A program made the position numbers and the translations under genes. A DNA stretch of 64,000 bases from a virus (lineage: Duplodnaviria; Heunggongvirae; Uroviricota; Caudoviricetes; Demerecviridae): the IMG/VR virus record IMGVR_UViG_2974640449_000001, positions 64,242 through 128,241 of that record; one strand, written 5' to 3'. Of the stretch, positions 1-9,058 are shown one piece after another (within the stretch, counting starts at the first letter, position 1; every line of letters begins with the position of its first letter). The notes beneath the pieces are model-generated. The model did not search any database. It was not told the DNA's origin and worked only from the letters and a program-made list of their open reading frames with translations.

Positions 1-1
1 T

Positions 2-355
2 AAAATTGACTTTGAAGCTCAGTTTATTCCTTACAGCTCAGGCGGGCATATCTGTTATGGTGAGTTCCCTAACATGCGCCATAATATCGAAGCCCTTGAA
101 AATGTGTGGGACTATGCTTACAGCAAAGTACCTTACTATGGGACTAATACTCCGATAGACGAGTGCTACGAATGCGGATTCAAAGGTGAATTTAACTGTA
201 CAAGTAAAGGGTTTGAATGCCCTAACTGTGGCAACCACGACCCTGATAAATGCTCCGTTACTAGACGTGTGTGCGGTTACTTAGGTAATCCTGGTACTCG
301 TCCTTTTAACGCTGGCAAACAGTCAGAAATGACTAAACGTGTAAAACATCTTTAA
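2..355 (+). CDS. nrdD: anaerobic ribonucleoside-triphosphate reductase NrdD, C-terminal fragment; the 5' end lies upstream of the window
   Basis: ORF open to the window edge in frame 2. C-terminal CxxC...CxxC zinc ribbon (ECYECG...CPNCG) and glycyl-radical motif TRRVCGYLG, then a hairpin terminator. Confidence 0.85.
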   Translation, partial: KIDFEAQFIPYSSGGHICYGEFPNMRHNIEALENVWDYAYSKVPYYGTNTPIDECYECGFKGEFNCTSKGFECPNCGNHDPDKCSVTRRVCGYLGNPGTRPFNAGKQSEMTKRVKHL

Positions 356-378
356 GAGGGCGAATGCCCTCTTTTTAA
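355..378 (+). terminator. rho-independent terminator after nrdD
   Basis: AGAGGGC-gaat-GCCCTCT followed by TTTTT. Confidence 0.7.
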
Positions 379-393
379 CCCTAGGAGAAAAGT

Positions 394-606
394 ATGAAAC
401 TATTTATGGCATCTTGGTGCAAATACTGCCAACCAGTAAAAGAACTAATAAAAGAAAAGAATCTGGATGTGCAGCTAGTGGATATTGACCACTCATTCGA
501 ATTAGCTACTAAGCATCGAATTACACAAATTCCTGCTTTACTAAAAGACGATAATACTGTTATGTTTGAATCTAAAGATATTATGGCGTACCTGGAGGCT
601 CTATAA
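394..606 (+). CDS. nrdH: glutaredoxin-like protein (NrdH/Grx type)
   Basis: 70 aa with N-terminal MASWCKYCQ CxxC thioredoxin-fold motif. RBS AGGAGA. Sits inside the RNR locus. Confidence 0.7.
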   Translation: MKLFMASWCKYCQPVKELIKEKNLDVQLVDIDHSFELATKHRITQIPALLKDDNTVMFESKDIMAYLEAL

Positions 607-1598
607 TGGCGGTTCGTTGTCAAACATTTAAAGAAGCCTATACCTTCGATTATCCAGAAGCTGTCGCATTCGCAGACGCTCAAAACTCCGTAATTTGGTT
701 CCACCACGAAATCAACGTAGAAAAAGACATTCAAGACATTCGAGTAAATATGACACCTGCTGAAGCACATGGTGTTATCACTACTCTAAAACTGTTTACA
801 CTGTATGAGCTAGTTCTAGGTAACGAATACTGGGGTGGACGCTTTAAACGCATGTTCCCTCGTCATGATTTCCGTCAAATGGGTAACTCATTCTCATTCG
901 CTGAGCTTAATATACATGCACCTTTCTACAATAAAATCAACGAAGCACTGATGCTTAATACTGATGAGTTCTATACCAGTTACGTAGATGATCCTATCCT
1001 GAAATCTCGTATGGAATTTGTAGAGTCATTAGTATGTGATCCTGATGATTTAGTATCTGTAGGTGCATTTAGTATGATTGAAGGTGCTGTGCTATACAGT
1101 GCATTCGCGTACCTAAAACACTTCCAAGCTCAAGGTAAGAACAAGATTCTAAACGTAGTACGTGGTATTAACTTCTCAGTACGTGATGAAAACCTACACT
1201 GTGAAGGTGGAGCTTGGGCATTCAACACTCTACGCAGAGAGTTGGAAAAAGACGGCGAGCTAACCACATCTCAGTTTAGAAAAGTATCACGACGCCTACA
1301 GGATGCAGGTCGTCAAGTATACGAGCATGAATCACGCATTATTGATATGATGTTTGAAATGGGAGAGATTGAAGGTTTCCATGCAGAAGACCTTAAAACT
1401 TTCGTAAAATCACGTATCAACCTATGTCTAGGGCATCTAAGAATTGCTCCAATTTTTGAAATTGGTGAAAACCCTATTGCAGCTTGGTTCTATGACAATA
1501 TTAACGCATTGAAGTTCCATGACTTCTTTACAGGTACAGGTTCAGAATATAACCGTGATTGGGATGAATCACGACTAAGATGGAAGGTGAAAGTATAA
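606..1598 (+). CDS. nrdB: class I ribonucleotide reductase small (R2) subunit
   Basis: Matches E. coli NrdB blocks: [12 protein letters not shown] ~ [36 protein letters not shown] ~ [37 protein letters not shown] ~ WAFSETIHSRSY (E, H, Y conserved), RDENLHCEG ~ RDEALH. The first metal-site residue is Glu, not Asp. Confidence 0.8.
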   Translation: [330 protein letters not shown]

Positions 1599-3295
1599 TG
1601 GCAAGTATTTACGATAAATTAGGTGCAGAACGAAAAGAAGGTCAAGCAAAAGGTCAAATTCCTCAATGGATGACTACTGCGGGCTACCAGCTACTAAAAC
1701 AGAAGTATCTTTCAGAAGGCGAAACTGTATTAGGTAGATACATCGCTATTGCTAAAACCGCAGCAAAACATATGCCAACACACCAGGATATTTGGGAGAA
1801 TCGCTTTTTCGAACTATTCTGGAAAGGCTGGCTTGCGGCATCAACACCTGTACTAGCAAATATGGGTACTAATAAAGGCATGCCTGTTAGTTGTTCAGGT
1901 GGTTACATTGACGACTCTATTCATGGATTTTATGACACCTTACATGAAACAGCAATGCTAACTAAAAATGGTTTTGGTACTTCTGGCTATCTTGGTGACA
2001 TTCGTCCTCGTGGTTCTAGCATCTCCATTGGTGGTACGGCCGCAGGTGTTATGCCTGTAATTGAAGATTACGTTCAATGTATGCGAGACGTAGCTCAAGG
2101 TGCTACACGTCGTGGTGCTTGGGCTGGTTATCTACCAATGGATCATGGTGACTTCTATGAAGTTGTTACCCACTTAAAGAACTATCCTGACGACTTAAAC
2201 TTAGGCTGGAATATTTCAGATGAGTTTGTCAGAAAACTAGAAGCAGGTAACGAAGACGCTATCGACAGATTGGCTAAGTCTCTACATACTAAGCTTATTA
2301 CAGGTAAAGGCTACTACTTCTTCCCTGATAAAGTTAATCGTCAGTCACCTCAAATGTACAAAGACTTAGGTTTGGATGTACGTGCAAGTAACCTATGTAC
2401 TGAAATTAACTTATTCAGTGACCCAGACCACACATTTACATGCGTACTAAGCTCAATGAACTTGGCACGTTACGATGAGTGGAAAGACACTGATGCAGTA
2501 TTTAACGCTACAGTGTTCCTAGACTGTGTGGCAGAAGAGTTCATTGAACAAGCACGATATATACCTGGTCTAGAAAAAGCGGTACGCTTTACAGAAAAAT
2601 CTCGTGCGTTAGGTTTAGGTGGCTTAGGTTTTCATACATACTTACAAGATAATATGATTGCTTTCGAGTCTTTTGAGGCACACATGAAGAACCTAGAAAT
2701 CTTCACCCATATATCCAATGAAGCACTAAGAGCTTCTAAGTGGATGGCTGAGGATATGGGAGAGCCTGAGTGGTGTAAGGGTTACGGAGTACGTAATACT
2801 CATCGTCTAGCAGTTGCTCCAAATACATCTAGTGCATTGATCTGTGGTGGCGTATCTCAAGGTATCGAACCAATCCCAGGCAACAGCTATGTACAACCAA
2901 GTGCTGCTGGTGAGTTGACTCGATTGAACCCATCCTTCTTGAAATTCTGTAGAGAAAAGGGTGTAGAAGTAGATAGAGAGCTTATCAAATCTATTAACGA
3001 TAAACTAGGTTCAGTACAGCATTTAGATTGGCTATCAGACCATGAAAAACTAGTATTTAAAACAGCTTATGAGATTGATCAAATGGCAATTATTCGACTA
3101 GCAGCAGCTCGTCAGCCTAGAATTTGCCAAGGTCAGTCATTGAACCTATTCTTTGCCGCAGATGAAGATGAAGAATACATTCTAGAGGTACACCAAGAAG
3201 CATTTACCAATGAGAACATTAAGCAGCTATACTACATGCGTACTATGGCAGGTGTTCAAGCATCAAAAGGTGAGTGTGTAGCTTGCGAGGGCTAA
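1598..3295 (+). CDS. nrdA: class I ribonucleotide reductase large (R1) subunit, short form without ATP cone
   Basis: Motifs VSCSGG..DDS, GGTAAGVMPV, QGATRRGAWAGYLPMDHGD, active-site SNLCTEINL, C-terminal YY...CVACEG. Start chosen at the TAATG overlap with the nrdB stop (the ORF track opens at 1580). Confidence 0.85.
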   Translation: MASIYDKLGAERKEGQAKGQIPQWMTTAGYQLLKQKYLSEGETVLGRYIAIAKTAAKHMPTHQDIWENRFFELFWKGWLAASTPVLANMGTNKGMPVSCSGGYIDDSIHGFYDTLHETAMLTKNGFGTSGYLGDIRPRGSSISIGGTAAGVMPVIEDYVQCMRDVAQGATRRGAWAGYLPMDHGDFYEVVTHLKNYPDDLNLGWNISDEFVRKLEAGNEDAIDRLAKSLHTKLITGKGYYFFPDKVNRQSPQMYKDLGLDVRASNLCTEINLFSDPDHTFTCVLSSMNLARYDEWKDTDAVFNATVFLDCVAEEFIEQARYIPGLEKAVRFTEKSRALGLGGLGFHTYLQDNMIAFESFEAHMKNLEIFTHISNEALRASKWMAEDMGEPEWCKGYGVRNTHRLAVAPNTSSALICGGVSQGIEPIPGNSYVQPSAAGELTRLNPSFLKFCREKGVEVDRELIKSINDKLGSVQHLDWLSDHEKLVFKTAYEIDQMAIIRLAAARQPRICQGQSLNLFFAADEDEEYILEVHQEAFTNENIKQLYYMRTMAGVQASKGECVACEG

Positions 3296-3296
3296 T

Positions 3297-3770
3297 ATGA
3301 ATTATATGAATTACTACCCAACAGACGTAGTAAACGGAGAGGGGACGCGTTGCGTCCTCTTTGTGTCTGGATGCTCACATGGATGCAATGGCTGCTATAA
3401 TGAAGCGGCCTGGAATCCAAATAGTGGGCATAAGTTTACTAAAGAAATGGAAGACCAGATCATCCAGGATTTACAAGATACTCGTATCAAACGCAGAGGT
3501 CTGACACTATCTGGAGGCGACCCGCTTCATAAGCGTAATTTTGCGTCGGTTTTGCGCTTGTGTAAGAGAGTTAGAAAGGAATGTCCAACTAAAGATATTT
3601 GGCTGTACACAGGATATACTCTAGAGCAAGTAAAAGAGGGTCGGTTTTGTGCTATACTAGACTATATAGATGTGCTTGTTGATGGTAAATTCGAAAAAGA
3701 TCTGTATGACGCAGGGCTTAAATTCCGTGGTAGTAGTAACCAAAATATCATTTACTTAGGGAAGGCGTAA
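3297..3770 (+). CDS. nrdG: anaerobic RNR activating protein (radical SAM)
   Basis: CVLFVSGCSHGCNGCYN CxxxCxxC cluster motif; about 157 aa. Completes nrdD/nrdG. Confidence 0.85.
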   Translation: MNYMNYYPTDVVNGEGTRCVLFVSGCSHGCNGCYNEAAWNPNSGHKFTKEMEDQIIQDLQDTRIKRRGLTLSGGDPLHKRNFASVLRLCKRVRKECPTKDIWLYTGYTLEQVKEGRFCAILDYIDVLVDGKFEKDLYDAGLKFRGSSNQNIIYLGKA

Positions 3771-3797
3771 GCCCTCCCTTATTATTCGAAAATTCAT

Positions 3798-3826
3798 TTG
3801 CTTTTGTGAGTGAATTTCCGTATAAT
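3798..3826 (+). promoter_or_regulatory. early promoter TTGCTT-17-TATAAT
   Basis: aTTTGCTTttgtgagtgaatttccgTATAATtatctcataaattgaaaatggagatt. Confidence 0.55.
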
Positions 3827-3857
3827 TATCTCATAAATTGAAAATGGAGATTAAATT

Positions 3858-4253
3858 ATGTTTTTAGATTACCAATTCTGCGAGAACAACCAGATATTGA
3901 TTGAGAAAATGTATCACATGAGTTCTCTTTTTACCGGACTAATGGATAGTGAAGTAGACGACCTTAATCGTGACCTTGACGGTGCTCAAAATCAGTTAGT
4001 GATTACTGACAAAACTAAGCAACTGGCTGACATACTAGACGAATGTTACGAAAATAACATGGCTAATGACGATATTTTATCTCGTCTGTACTCAGCAGGA
4101 TTTAACCGTGGTTGTGTATTTGAGCTATCAATTACTAACCCTAGCGGTATTGGTCGCTACCTGCTATATGTATACGTAGAATCTGAGCTAGAGCTGAGAG
4201 CGTATGCAGAAGAACTAGCAGCCAAGGTATGGAGCAAGCATGAAGAAAATTAA
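3858..4253 (+). CDS. hypothetical protein
   Basis: Early promoter and conserved leader upstream (3798-3857). 131-aa ORF with RBS GGAGAT. Confidence 0.5.
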   Translation: MFLDYQFCENNQILIEKMYHMSSLFTGLMDSEVDDLNRDLDGAQNQLVITDKTKQLADILDECYENNMANDDILSRLYSAGFNRGCVFELSITNPSGIGRYLLYVYVESELELRAYAEELAAKVWSKHEEN

Positions 4254-4698
4254 CAGTTTCCGAGGGGAGTATGCGTTTCTCTCTAATATGTTTGAAGTGG
4301 TAATTGAACATGACGGCATTACTTATCCTTCTAGTGAGAACATGTATCAAGCGTTCAAAGCAGAAGAAAGACGAGAACGTAAACTGATTGCTAAGTTACC
4401 TCCAAACCAATCAAAGAACTACTGGAAATTTAATCCAGTTAAAAACCAGTTATTCCATTGTAATAAACTAGTTTACATGGAGAAATGTTTACGAGCTAAG
4501 TTTGCTGACCCACACCTAGCACACTTACTACTAGCAACCGGCGACGCAGAACTAATTGAAGGTAACTGGTGGGGCGATGGTTTCTGGGGAGTCTCGGATA
4601 AAACGGGTCACGGCCATAACCACCTAGGTAAGTTACTAATGAAGCTTCGGGAGGAGATTCGTGAAAGTATTGAAGGAAAACCTACTAAAGAATCCTAA
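4240..4698 (+). CDS. NADAR (YbiA/DUF1768) domain protein, N-glycosidase / ADP-ribosyl hydrolase family
   Basis: FRGEYAFLSNMF...YPSSENMYQAFKA, CLRAKFADPHLAHLLLATGDAELIE, NWWGDG...GHNHLGKLLMKLREEI align with E. coli YbiA blocks. Confidence 0.8.
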   Translation: MKKINSFRGEYAFLSNMFEVVIEHDGITYPSSENMYQAFKAEERRERKLIAKLPPNQSKNYWKFNPVKNQLFHCNKLVYMEKCLRAKFADPHLAHLLLATGDAELIEGNWWGDGFWGVSDKTGHGHNHLGKLLMKLREEIRESIEGKPTKES

Positions 4699-4891
4699 AT
4701 TAAAGTGTGGGGTAGGCTTGCGAACTGCCACACCTGATGAAGTAGCAGAAATGAAAAAGTGGCTAGATTTTCATGGTATTCAATATGTGCATCAAACCAC
4801 TCATCTAAAAACAGGCAATCCTTTACCTTACAATGGCTTGCTTATTATCAATATCATAGGAACTAAAAAGAATGCTAAAAATTTATACTGA
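4661..4891 (+). CDS. hypothetical protein (76 aa)
   Basis: ORF only; overlaps its neighbours. Confidence 0.3.
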   Translation: MKVLKENLLKNPKLKCGVGLRTATPDEVAEMKKWLDFHGIQYVHQTTHLKTGNPLPYNGLLIINIIGTKKNAKNLY

Positions 4892-5330
4892 CGGAGCTTG
4901 CCGTGGCAACCCAGGCGTAGGTGCTTGGGCTTTCGCTGTTTTCGAGGGCTGGGCTAAGAAAGGTACTAAAAGCGCAGCTATGCCACACACTACAAACAAT
5001 GAGGCTGAACTTACAGCCATTGTAAAAGCGTTAGAGTGGGCTATTCGTGCTAACCTATCTCAAGTAGAGATTCTTACAGACTCTAACTACGCATGTCAAG
5101 GTTATAAGACGTGGATGCACGGTTGGGTAAAGAAAGGCTGGGTGACTGCGGGAGGTACTCCAGTCAAGAATCTAGAACTTTGGAAGACTCTATATAATAT
5201 TTCTCAAAAAATTGATGTAACCATGACAAAAGTCAAAGGTCACTCTGGTGATGAAGGTAACGAGCTAGCAGATACTCTATGTAATTGTGCAATTGATGAG
5301 TATGAGCTACAGACAGTGGTGATGAAATAG
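4872..5330 (+). CDS. rnhA: ribonuclease HI
   Basis: MLKIYTDGACRGNPG, NNEAELTA, ILTDSNY, HSGDEGNELADTL: RNase H DEDD residues in the canonical order. Confidence 0.8.
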   Translation: MLKIYTDGACRGNPGVGAWAFAVFEGWAKKGTKSAAMPHTTNNEAELTAIVKALEWAIRANLSQVEILTDSNYACQGYKTWMHGWVKKGWVTAGGTPVKNLELWKTLYNISQKIDVTMTKVKGHSGDEGNELADTLCNCAIDEYELQTVVMK

Positions 5331-5339
5331 GAGTTAGTT

Positions 5340-5678
5340 ATGCAAAAGTATCCTAAAGGCACACTAGTGGAGATTGTCAAACATGAGTGGCGGCAAGACC
5401 TTATTGGTAAGCAGTTCGCTGTAGAAGACACCCAGGTAGGAAACCTAATAGTGGGTAAGGCAAGTACTCAAAGAGTGTTAACCAACGTATTAATGTACAG
5501 AACACCATTCATGTCAGCTCGTCCTAGCGGTAACAATAGAAATATATGGCTTACCGAGGAGTATTTAAGACCTGTACGTGGCGACTACCCGGAAGACGAG
5601 GGCTTCGAGTTTGATGAATCTAAGCTTGTATGGACGCCTACAGTAATTGTAGAAGACGGGGAGGCACTAGTAGTATGA
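5340..5678 (+). CDS. hypothetical protein
   Basis: 112-aa ORF, RBS GGAG. Confidence 0.5.
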   Translation: MQKYPKGTLVEIVKHEWRQDLIGKQFAVEDTQVGNLIVGKASTQRVLTNVLMYRTPFMSARPSGNNRNIWLTEEYLRPVRGDYPEDEGFEFDESKLVWTPTVIVEDGEALVV

Positions 5679-5855
5679 GTCCTTTCGTTTGGAACATCAA
5701 TCTCCTAATTTTCTGGCGTTTAGCATGGCTAGAAAAGCAGTCTGGAAAAGTGGTTATGGATGGGTGGGGTAATATAGGTAGACTATATTACCGTAAACAA
5801 ACCGACCCTGTAGGTTTCTACATCAAGCCTTTAGGCAAGAAAATTAAAAACCTAA

Positions 5856-5884
5856 TTGCTAAAGACTGAAAAACAACGTATAAT
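5856..5884 (+). promoter_or_regulatory. early promoter TTGCTA-17-TATAAT with full conserved leader
   Basis: aaTTGCTAaagactgaaaaacaacgTATAATagttccataaagttgagaaacggagatt. Confidence 0.65.
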
Positions 5885-5916
5885 AGTTCCATAAAGTTGA
5901 GAAACGGAGATTAAAA

Positions 5917-6123
5917 ATGATTTTACCAGAAGATATTCAACCTAAAACCCACTATACCGTATACATCGCTAAAGTGCCTTTCGGTGAGTTTCAGAAAGGC
6001 GACCCTGTGTTTGTGTACAAAACAATCGAAGGTCTAGGTGATTTAAAGGTACACAAAGGCGTCCCTATTGATGGTGACAAAGTTCATTACTTCTTTGACC
6101 ATGAACTAGATTTGGAGCAGTAA
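5917..6123 (+). CDS. hypothetical protein
   Basis: Promoter and leader at 5856-5916; 68 aa. Confidence 0.5.
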   Translation: MILPEDIQPKTHYTVYIAKVPFGEFQKGDPVFVYKTIEGLGDLKVHKGVPIDGDKVHYFFDHELDLEQ

Positions 6124-6125
6124 TT

Positions 6126-6392
6126 ATGATAAGCATGAATAAAGAGCCTGTTGTAGCCACTGGTTTTGAAGCAGTCGTCTGTAAGACCTGGGAAGGCTGG
6201 GATATGGTTGACACATGTTATCTCTATTTTGAGCAGGTAGTATTAACTGCACCATATGCAACAATGCTAGGTGTTAAAGAGATACCTTTTGTTGAATTTG
6301 ATCTAAACAACATGGTTGTACACTTTTTCTTAACCGATGAAGAAAACGCTAAACCAATCACCAAGAAATTACAACTTAGCGTATTAGATTAA
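6126..6392 (+). CDS. hypothetical protein
   Basis: 88-aa ORF, translationally coupled. Confidence 0.5.
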   Translation: MISMNKEPVVATGFEAVVCKTWEGWDMVDTCYLYFEQVVLTAPYATMLGVKEIPFVEFDLNNMVVHFFLTDEENAKPITKKLQLSVLD

Positions 6393-6400
6393 AAATCTAA

Positions 6401-6429
6401 TTGCTAAACATCGAAAAATTTAATATAAT
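6401..6429 (+). promoter_or_regulatory. early promoter TTGCTA-17-TATAAT
   Basis: aaTTGCTAaacatcgaaaaatttaaTATAATattcccatagtttgaaaac. Confidence 0.6.
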
Positions 6430-6467
6430 ATTCCCATAGTTTGAAAACAAAGAAAGGAAAAATCAAT

Positions 6468-6743
6468 ATGACTGAACAAAAAGTAACTCTAAAACCTGTA
6501 GCTGGCGACGCTCTTCTAATCGGTAAATACCAGTCAGGTGTAGACCGTAAGGGTAAACCTGTGTTCCGTTCAATGCCAAAAGGCAAAGAACCTTCAACTA
6601 TCGTGGAAGCGGTGTTTGAAGATGGTCGTGTTCGCTCTAAAGAAGGCGATGTATTTGAAGTTCGCCTGAACAAACGCCCAACAGTCATTAAGACTAAGCA
6701 AGGTGAAAAAGCACTACCTGCTCAATGGATTACTGTAGCGTAA
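6468..6743 (+). CDS. hypothetical protein
   Basis: Promoter 6401-6429. Start moved to ATG 6468 behind RBS AAAGGAAA. Confidence 0.5.
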   Translation: MTEQKVTLKPVAGDALLIGKYQSGVDRKGKPVFRSMPKGKEPSTIVEAVFEDGRVRSKEGDVFEVRLNKRPTVIKTKQGEKALPAQWITVA

Positions 6744-6910
6744 TGGCTAAAGTGCTTGTTGATGAGTCCCTACTCTGGGACTTAATTCACTCAAATATAC
6801 TACTTATGCACCTAGAAAACGAAGGTGTAGATAACTGGAGTGGTTATTACCATCCAGAAGACATTGATGAACAAACTGATAAATTATTGAAGGAAATTAA
6901 GCATGGCTAA
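6725..6910 (+). CDS. hypothetical protein (61 aa)
   Basis: ORF only. Confidence 0.35.
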   Translation: MDYCSVMAKVLVDESLLWDLIHSNILLMHLENEGVDNWSGYYHPEDIDEQTDKLLKEIKHG

Positions 6911-7163
6911 ACAACTAACTTCTGCTCAAAAAGCTGCTCGTCGTACTCACAAAGTTGCACAAACAGCTAAGAACAAGGCTGCTAAACGTGCTCGTCACGC
7001 TAAGGCACACCCTAATGACGCTCAAGTAGCTAAGGGTAAGTTCACTGAGCGTAAAGCCCCTCGTGTGAAAGGTAACTTTCGTAAGGTAAATAAAGCTTAC
7101 CGTGATGAAGCAGGTCACGTATTACCTGCTCCTAGCTTTGCTCCCATTGCAAAAGCTAAGTAA
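6903..7163 (+). CDS. highly basic Lys/Ala-rich protein (histone H1-like, putative nucleic-acid binding)
   Basis: 86 aa, about 30% K/R/A. Confidence 0.5.
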   Translation: MAKQLTSAQKAARRTHKVAQTAKNKAAKRARHAKAHPNDAQVAKGKFTERKAPRVKGNFRKVNKAYRDEAGHVLPAPSFAPIAKAK

Positions 7164-7305
7164 ATGGTTAGCAGGCTAAAACCTGCTGCTCCACCTGGTA
7201 TACGATACATTCCGGCTAGCTGCTGGAGTGTATCCACAGCAGCTAACTTAAACAAGAAAATGCAGATAAGGTATAAAGCAGAAAGATTCTATGTGAGGTA
7301 TAGAA

Positions 7306-8247
7306 ATGAACAACTTCGTAGCAAAACATTGCCGAACGTTTAACAAGGCAACTGTCCAACGTGACAGAACTAAATATCATCGTCCTAGCTCTAAGAGCCT
7401 AATGGATGAGTGGTTTGAAGACGAAAATGACGGGTTCGAGCACCCAGGAATGGTCGAGCCAAAGGAGCTTGAGACTCCTTCTATAAGCGGTAGCGTTTAT
7501 AAAAGAAGTTTCACTAACAAACAGGAGATAACTATGGAGCAAACTATTGCCCTACAGCAAGAAATTCATAACAAGTTATATGGTAACGTAGACCCTGACT
7601 TACTAGAAGTAAGTCCAGTGAGCCATAACCACTTAAACTGGGTTTTTGACCTAGAAACATATGCGACTTGTCAGAATGCCATCGTACCTGAGCTTTCAGC
7701 CGTAGCGTTCGATATTCTTTCAGGCGAAGTTTTTCATGAAGCCACGTTCCATCTTGATGTAGACTCTCAAGTTGCTCTGGGGCGCGAAGTTTCAGCGTCT
7801 ACGCTATCATTTTGGCTAATGCAGTCAGAAGAAGCTCGTATGAAAATGTTGCTCGCCGACCCTGAACACTGTCGCAATAACGGCCTACCAATGCCACTGC
7901 AAATTAGTGGAGCTATGGCACAACTGAGCCATATGATTAAAATAGTGTCAAAGACCTGGGCAGAGCAAACCGGTCTCAGCAAGGAACCTCTAGTATGGGG
8001 TAACGGTATTACTTTTGATTTAGGTAAGACTATCTCGTTGTTCGAAACAGCTCAAGTTCCATTGCCTTGGCAATTCTGGGCAGAGCGCGATGCTCGCACA
8101 TTAATGGACTTAGCCCCAGGCATCAAGAAAGCGTTCGGTAAGGACTTCCGTGGTGTACCTCATTACGGTCTTGACGACTGTAAACACGAGCTGCGTTACT
8201 TATCAGCTACTTACATTAAAATCTGGGAAATGAGCAAAGAAAGTTAA
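7306..8247 (+). CDS. DnaQ-like 3'-5' exonuclease (DEDDh family)
   Basis: WVFDLETY exo I motif and HYGLDDCKHELRY exo III (H..D) motif. Confidence 0.6.
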   Translation: MNNFVAKHCRTFNKATVQRDRTKYHRPSSKSLMDEWFEDENDGFEHPGMVEPKELETPSISGSVYKRSFTNKQEITMEQTIALQQEIHNKLYGNVDPDLLEVSPVSHNHLNWVFDLETYATCQNAIVPELSAVAFDILSGEVFHEATFHLDVDSQVALGREVSASTLSFWLMQSEEARMKMLLADPEHCRNNGLPMPLQISGAMAQLSHMIKIVSKTWAEQTGLSKEPLVWGNGITFDLGKTISLFETAQVPLPWQFWAERDARTLMDLAPGIKKAFGKDFRGVPHYGLDDCKHELRYLSATYIKIWEMSKES

Positions 8248-8255
8248 AAACTTAA

Positions 8256-8284
8256 TTGCTCAAACACTAAAAACTTTATATAAT
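8256..8284 (+). promoter_or_regulatory. early promoter TTGCTC-17-TATAAT
   Basis: aaTTGCTCaaacactaaaaactttaTATAATatattcctaaattgagaaaac. Confidence 0.6.
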
Positions 8285-8322
8285 ATATTCCTAAATTGAG
8301 AAAACAGAAGAAGGAAAACAAA

Positions 8323-8517
8323 ATGGCTAAACGCTCTAAACTGATTGGTATTAAAATGTCTGACCGCACTCGTAAAATGGCAGGTGAATTTGGTATCAAA
8401 CAACTCGAAAGTCGCCGTGCTGGTCTAGCAAAAATCCTAGGCTTGCTTGCAAAAGGTACTCGCGTATCAAATCATCCTCGTGCGGTTGAATACACAGCGG
8501 CTCAATTCGGTCTTTAA
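8323..8517 (+). CDS. hypothetical protein
   Basis: Promoter 8256-8284. Start at ATG 8323 behind AAGGAAAA. Confidence 0.45.
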   Translation: MAKRSKLIGIKMSDRTRKMAGEFGIKQLESRRAGLAKILGLLAKGTRVSNHPRAVEYTAAQFGL

Positions 8518-8519
8518 TT

Positions 8520-8747
8520 ATGGGTGAGTTACCAGAGTGGTTTGAACGTCTGCTAGAAGAGCAGCGTTCTCTTAAAGAAAAGATAGACAAATTGCAGGCT
8601 AATCTGTGTGCACCAGCGGATGTACCTAGGGGGCATCTAGAGTCTTATAGACTGCGCACATTACTGCTAACAGAGCAGCTATCTCATATGCGTGCATATG
8701 AAAACCTACTAAATATTCGAATCAACCTCTACAGAGAAGGTAAATAA
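8520..8747 (+). CDS. hypothetical protein
   Basis: 75-aa ORF. Confidence 0.45.
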   Translation: MGELPEWFERLLEEQRSLKEKIDKLQANLCAPADVPRGHLESYRLRTLLLTEQLSHMRAYENLLNIRINLYREGK

Positions 8748-8749
8748 GT

Positions 8750-8992
8750 ATGAATGGTAAACAAGCAAAAATTCTTCGTCGCATCGCTCGTGGTCTTGAA
8801 GTAGTTAACGGTGGCGAACTAGTAGAAGTTCACGGTACAAAACGTGTACGTACTTCGGCTAACGGTGGTAAAATCCAAACAGTTACAATGGCTCACCGTA
8901 AAGGTAGCTTCCGTAACGTGTTAAAACAAATCAAGCGTGACAAAATCGCACCTTTCAATCCTAGCGAAAACAATCATGCACTAGTAGCATAA
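8750..8992 (+). CDS. hypothetical protein
   Basis: 80-aa ORF. Confidence 0.45.
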   Translation: MNGKQAKILRRIARGLEVVNGGELVEVHGTKRVRTSANGGKIQTVTMAHRKGSFRNVLKQIKRDKIAPFNPSENNHALVA

Positions 8993-9028
8993 TCTCTCAT
9001 AGCAGAGAGCACAAAAATTAAAAATTGA

Positions 9029-9058
9029 ATTGCTCTCTGCTAAACTTCTTGATATAAT
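9029..9058 (+). promoter_or_regulatory. early promoter TTGCTC-18-TATAAT (no ORF immediately downstream; hairpin gaagaaaacctcttc follows)
   Basis: aaTTGCTCtctgctaaacttcttgaTATAATgattatctac. Confidence 0.5.

Noticed and set aside
5630-5869. 79-aa ORF 5630..5869 and similar short overlapping/antisense ORFs (38..238, 381..770, 1684..1881, 4141..4350, 5240..5431, 6404..6688, 6915..7118, 7767..7982, 8396..8590, 11709..11918, 15746..15928, 15978..16232 and other minus-strand ORFs inside + strand genes)
   Set aside because: They overlap well-supported genes in other frames or strands, lack RBS or promoter context and have odd composition. Treated as spurious.
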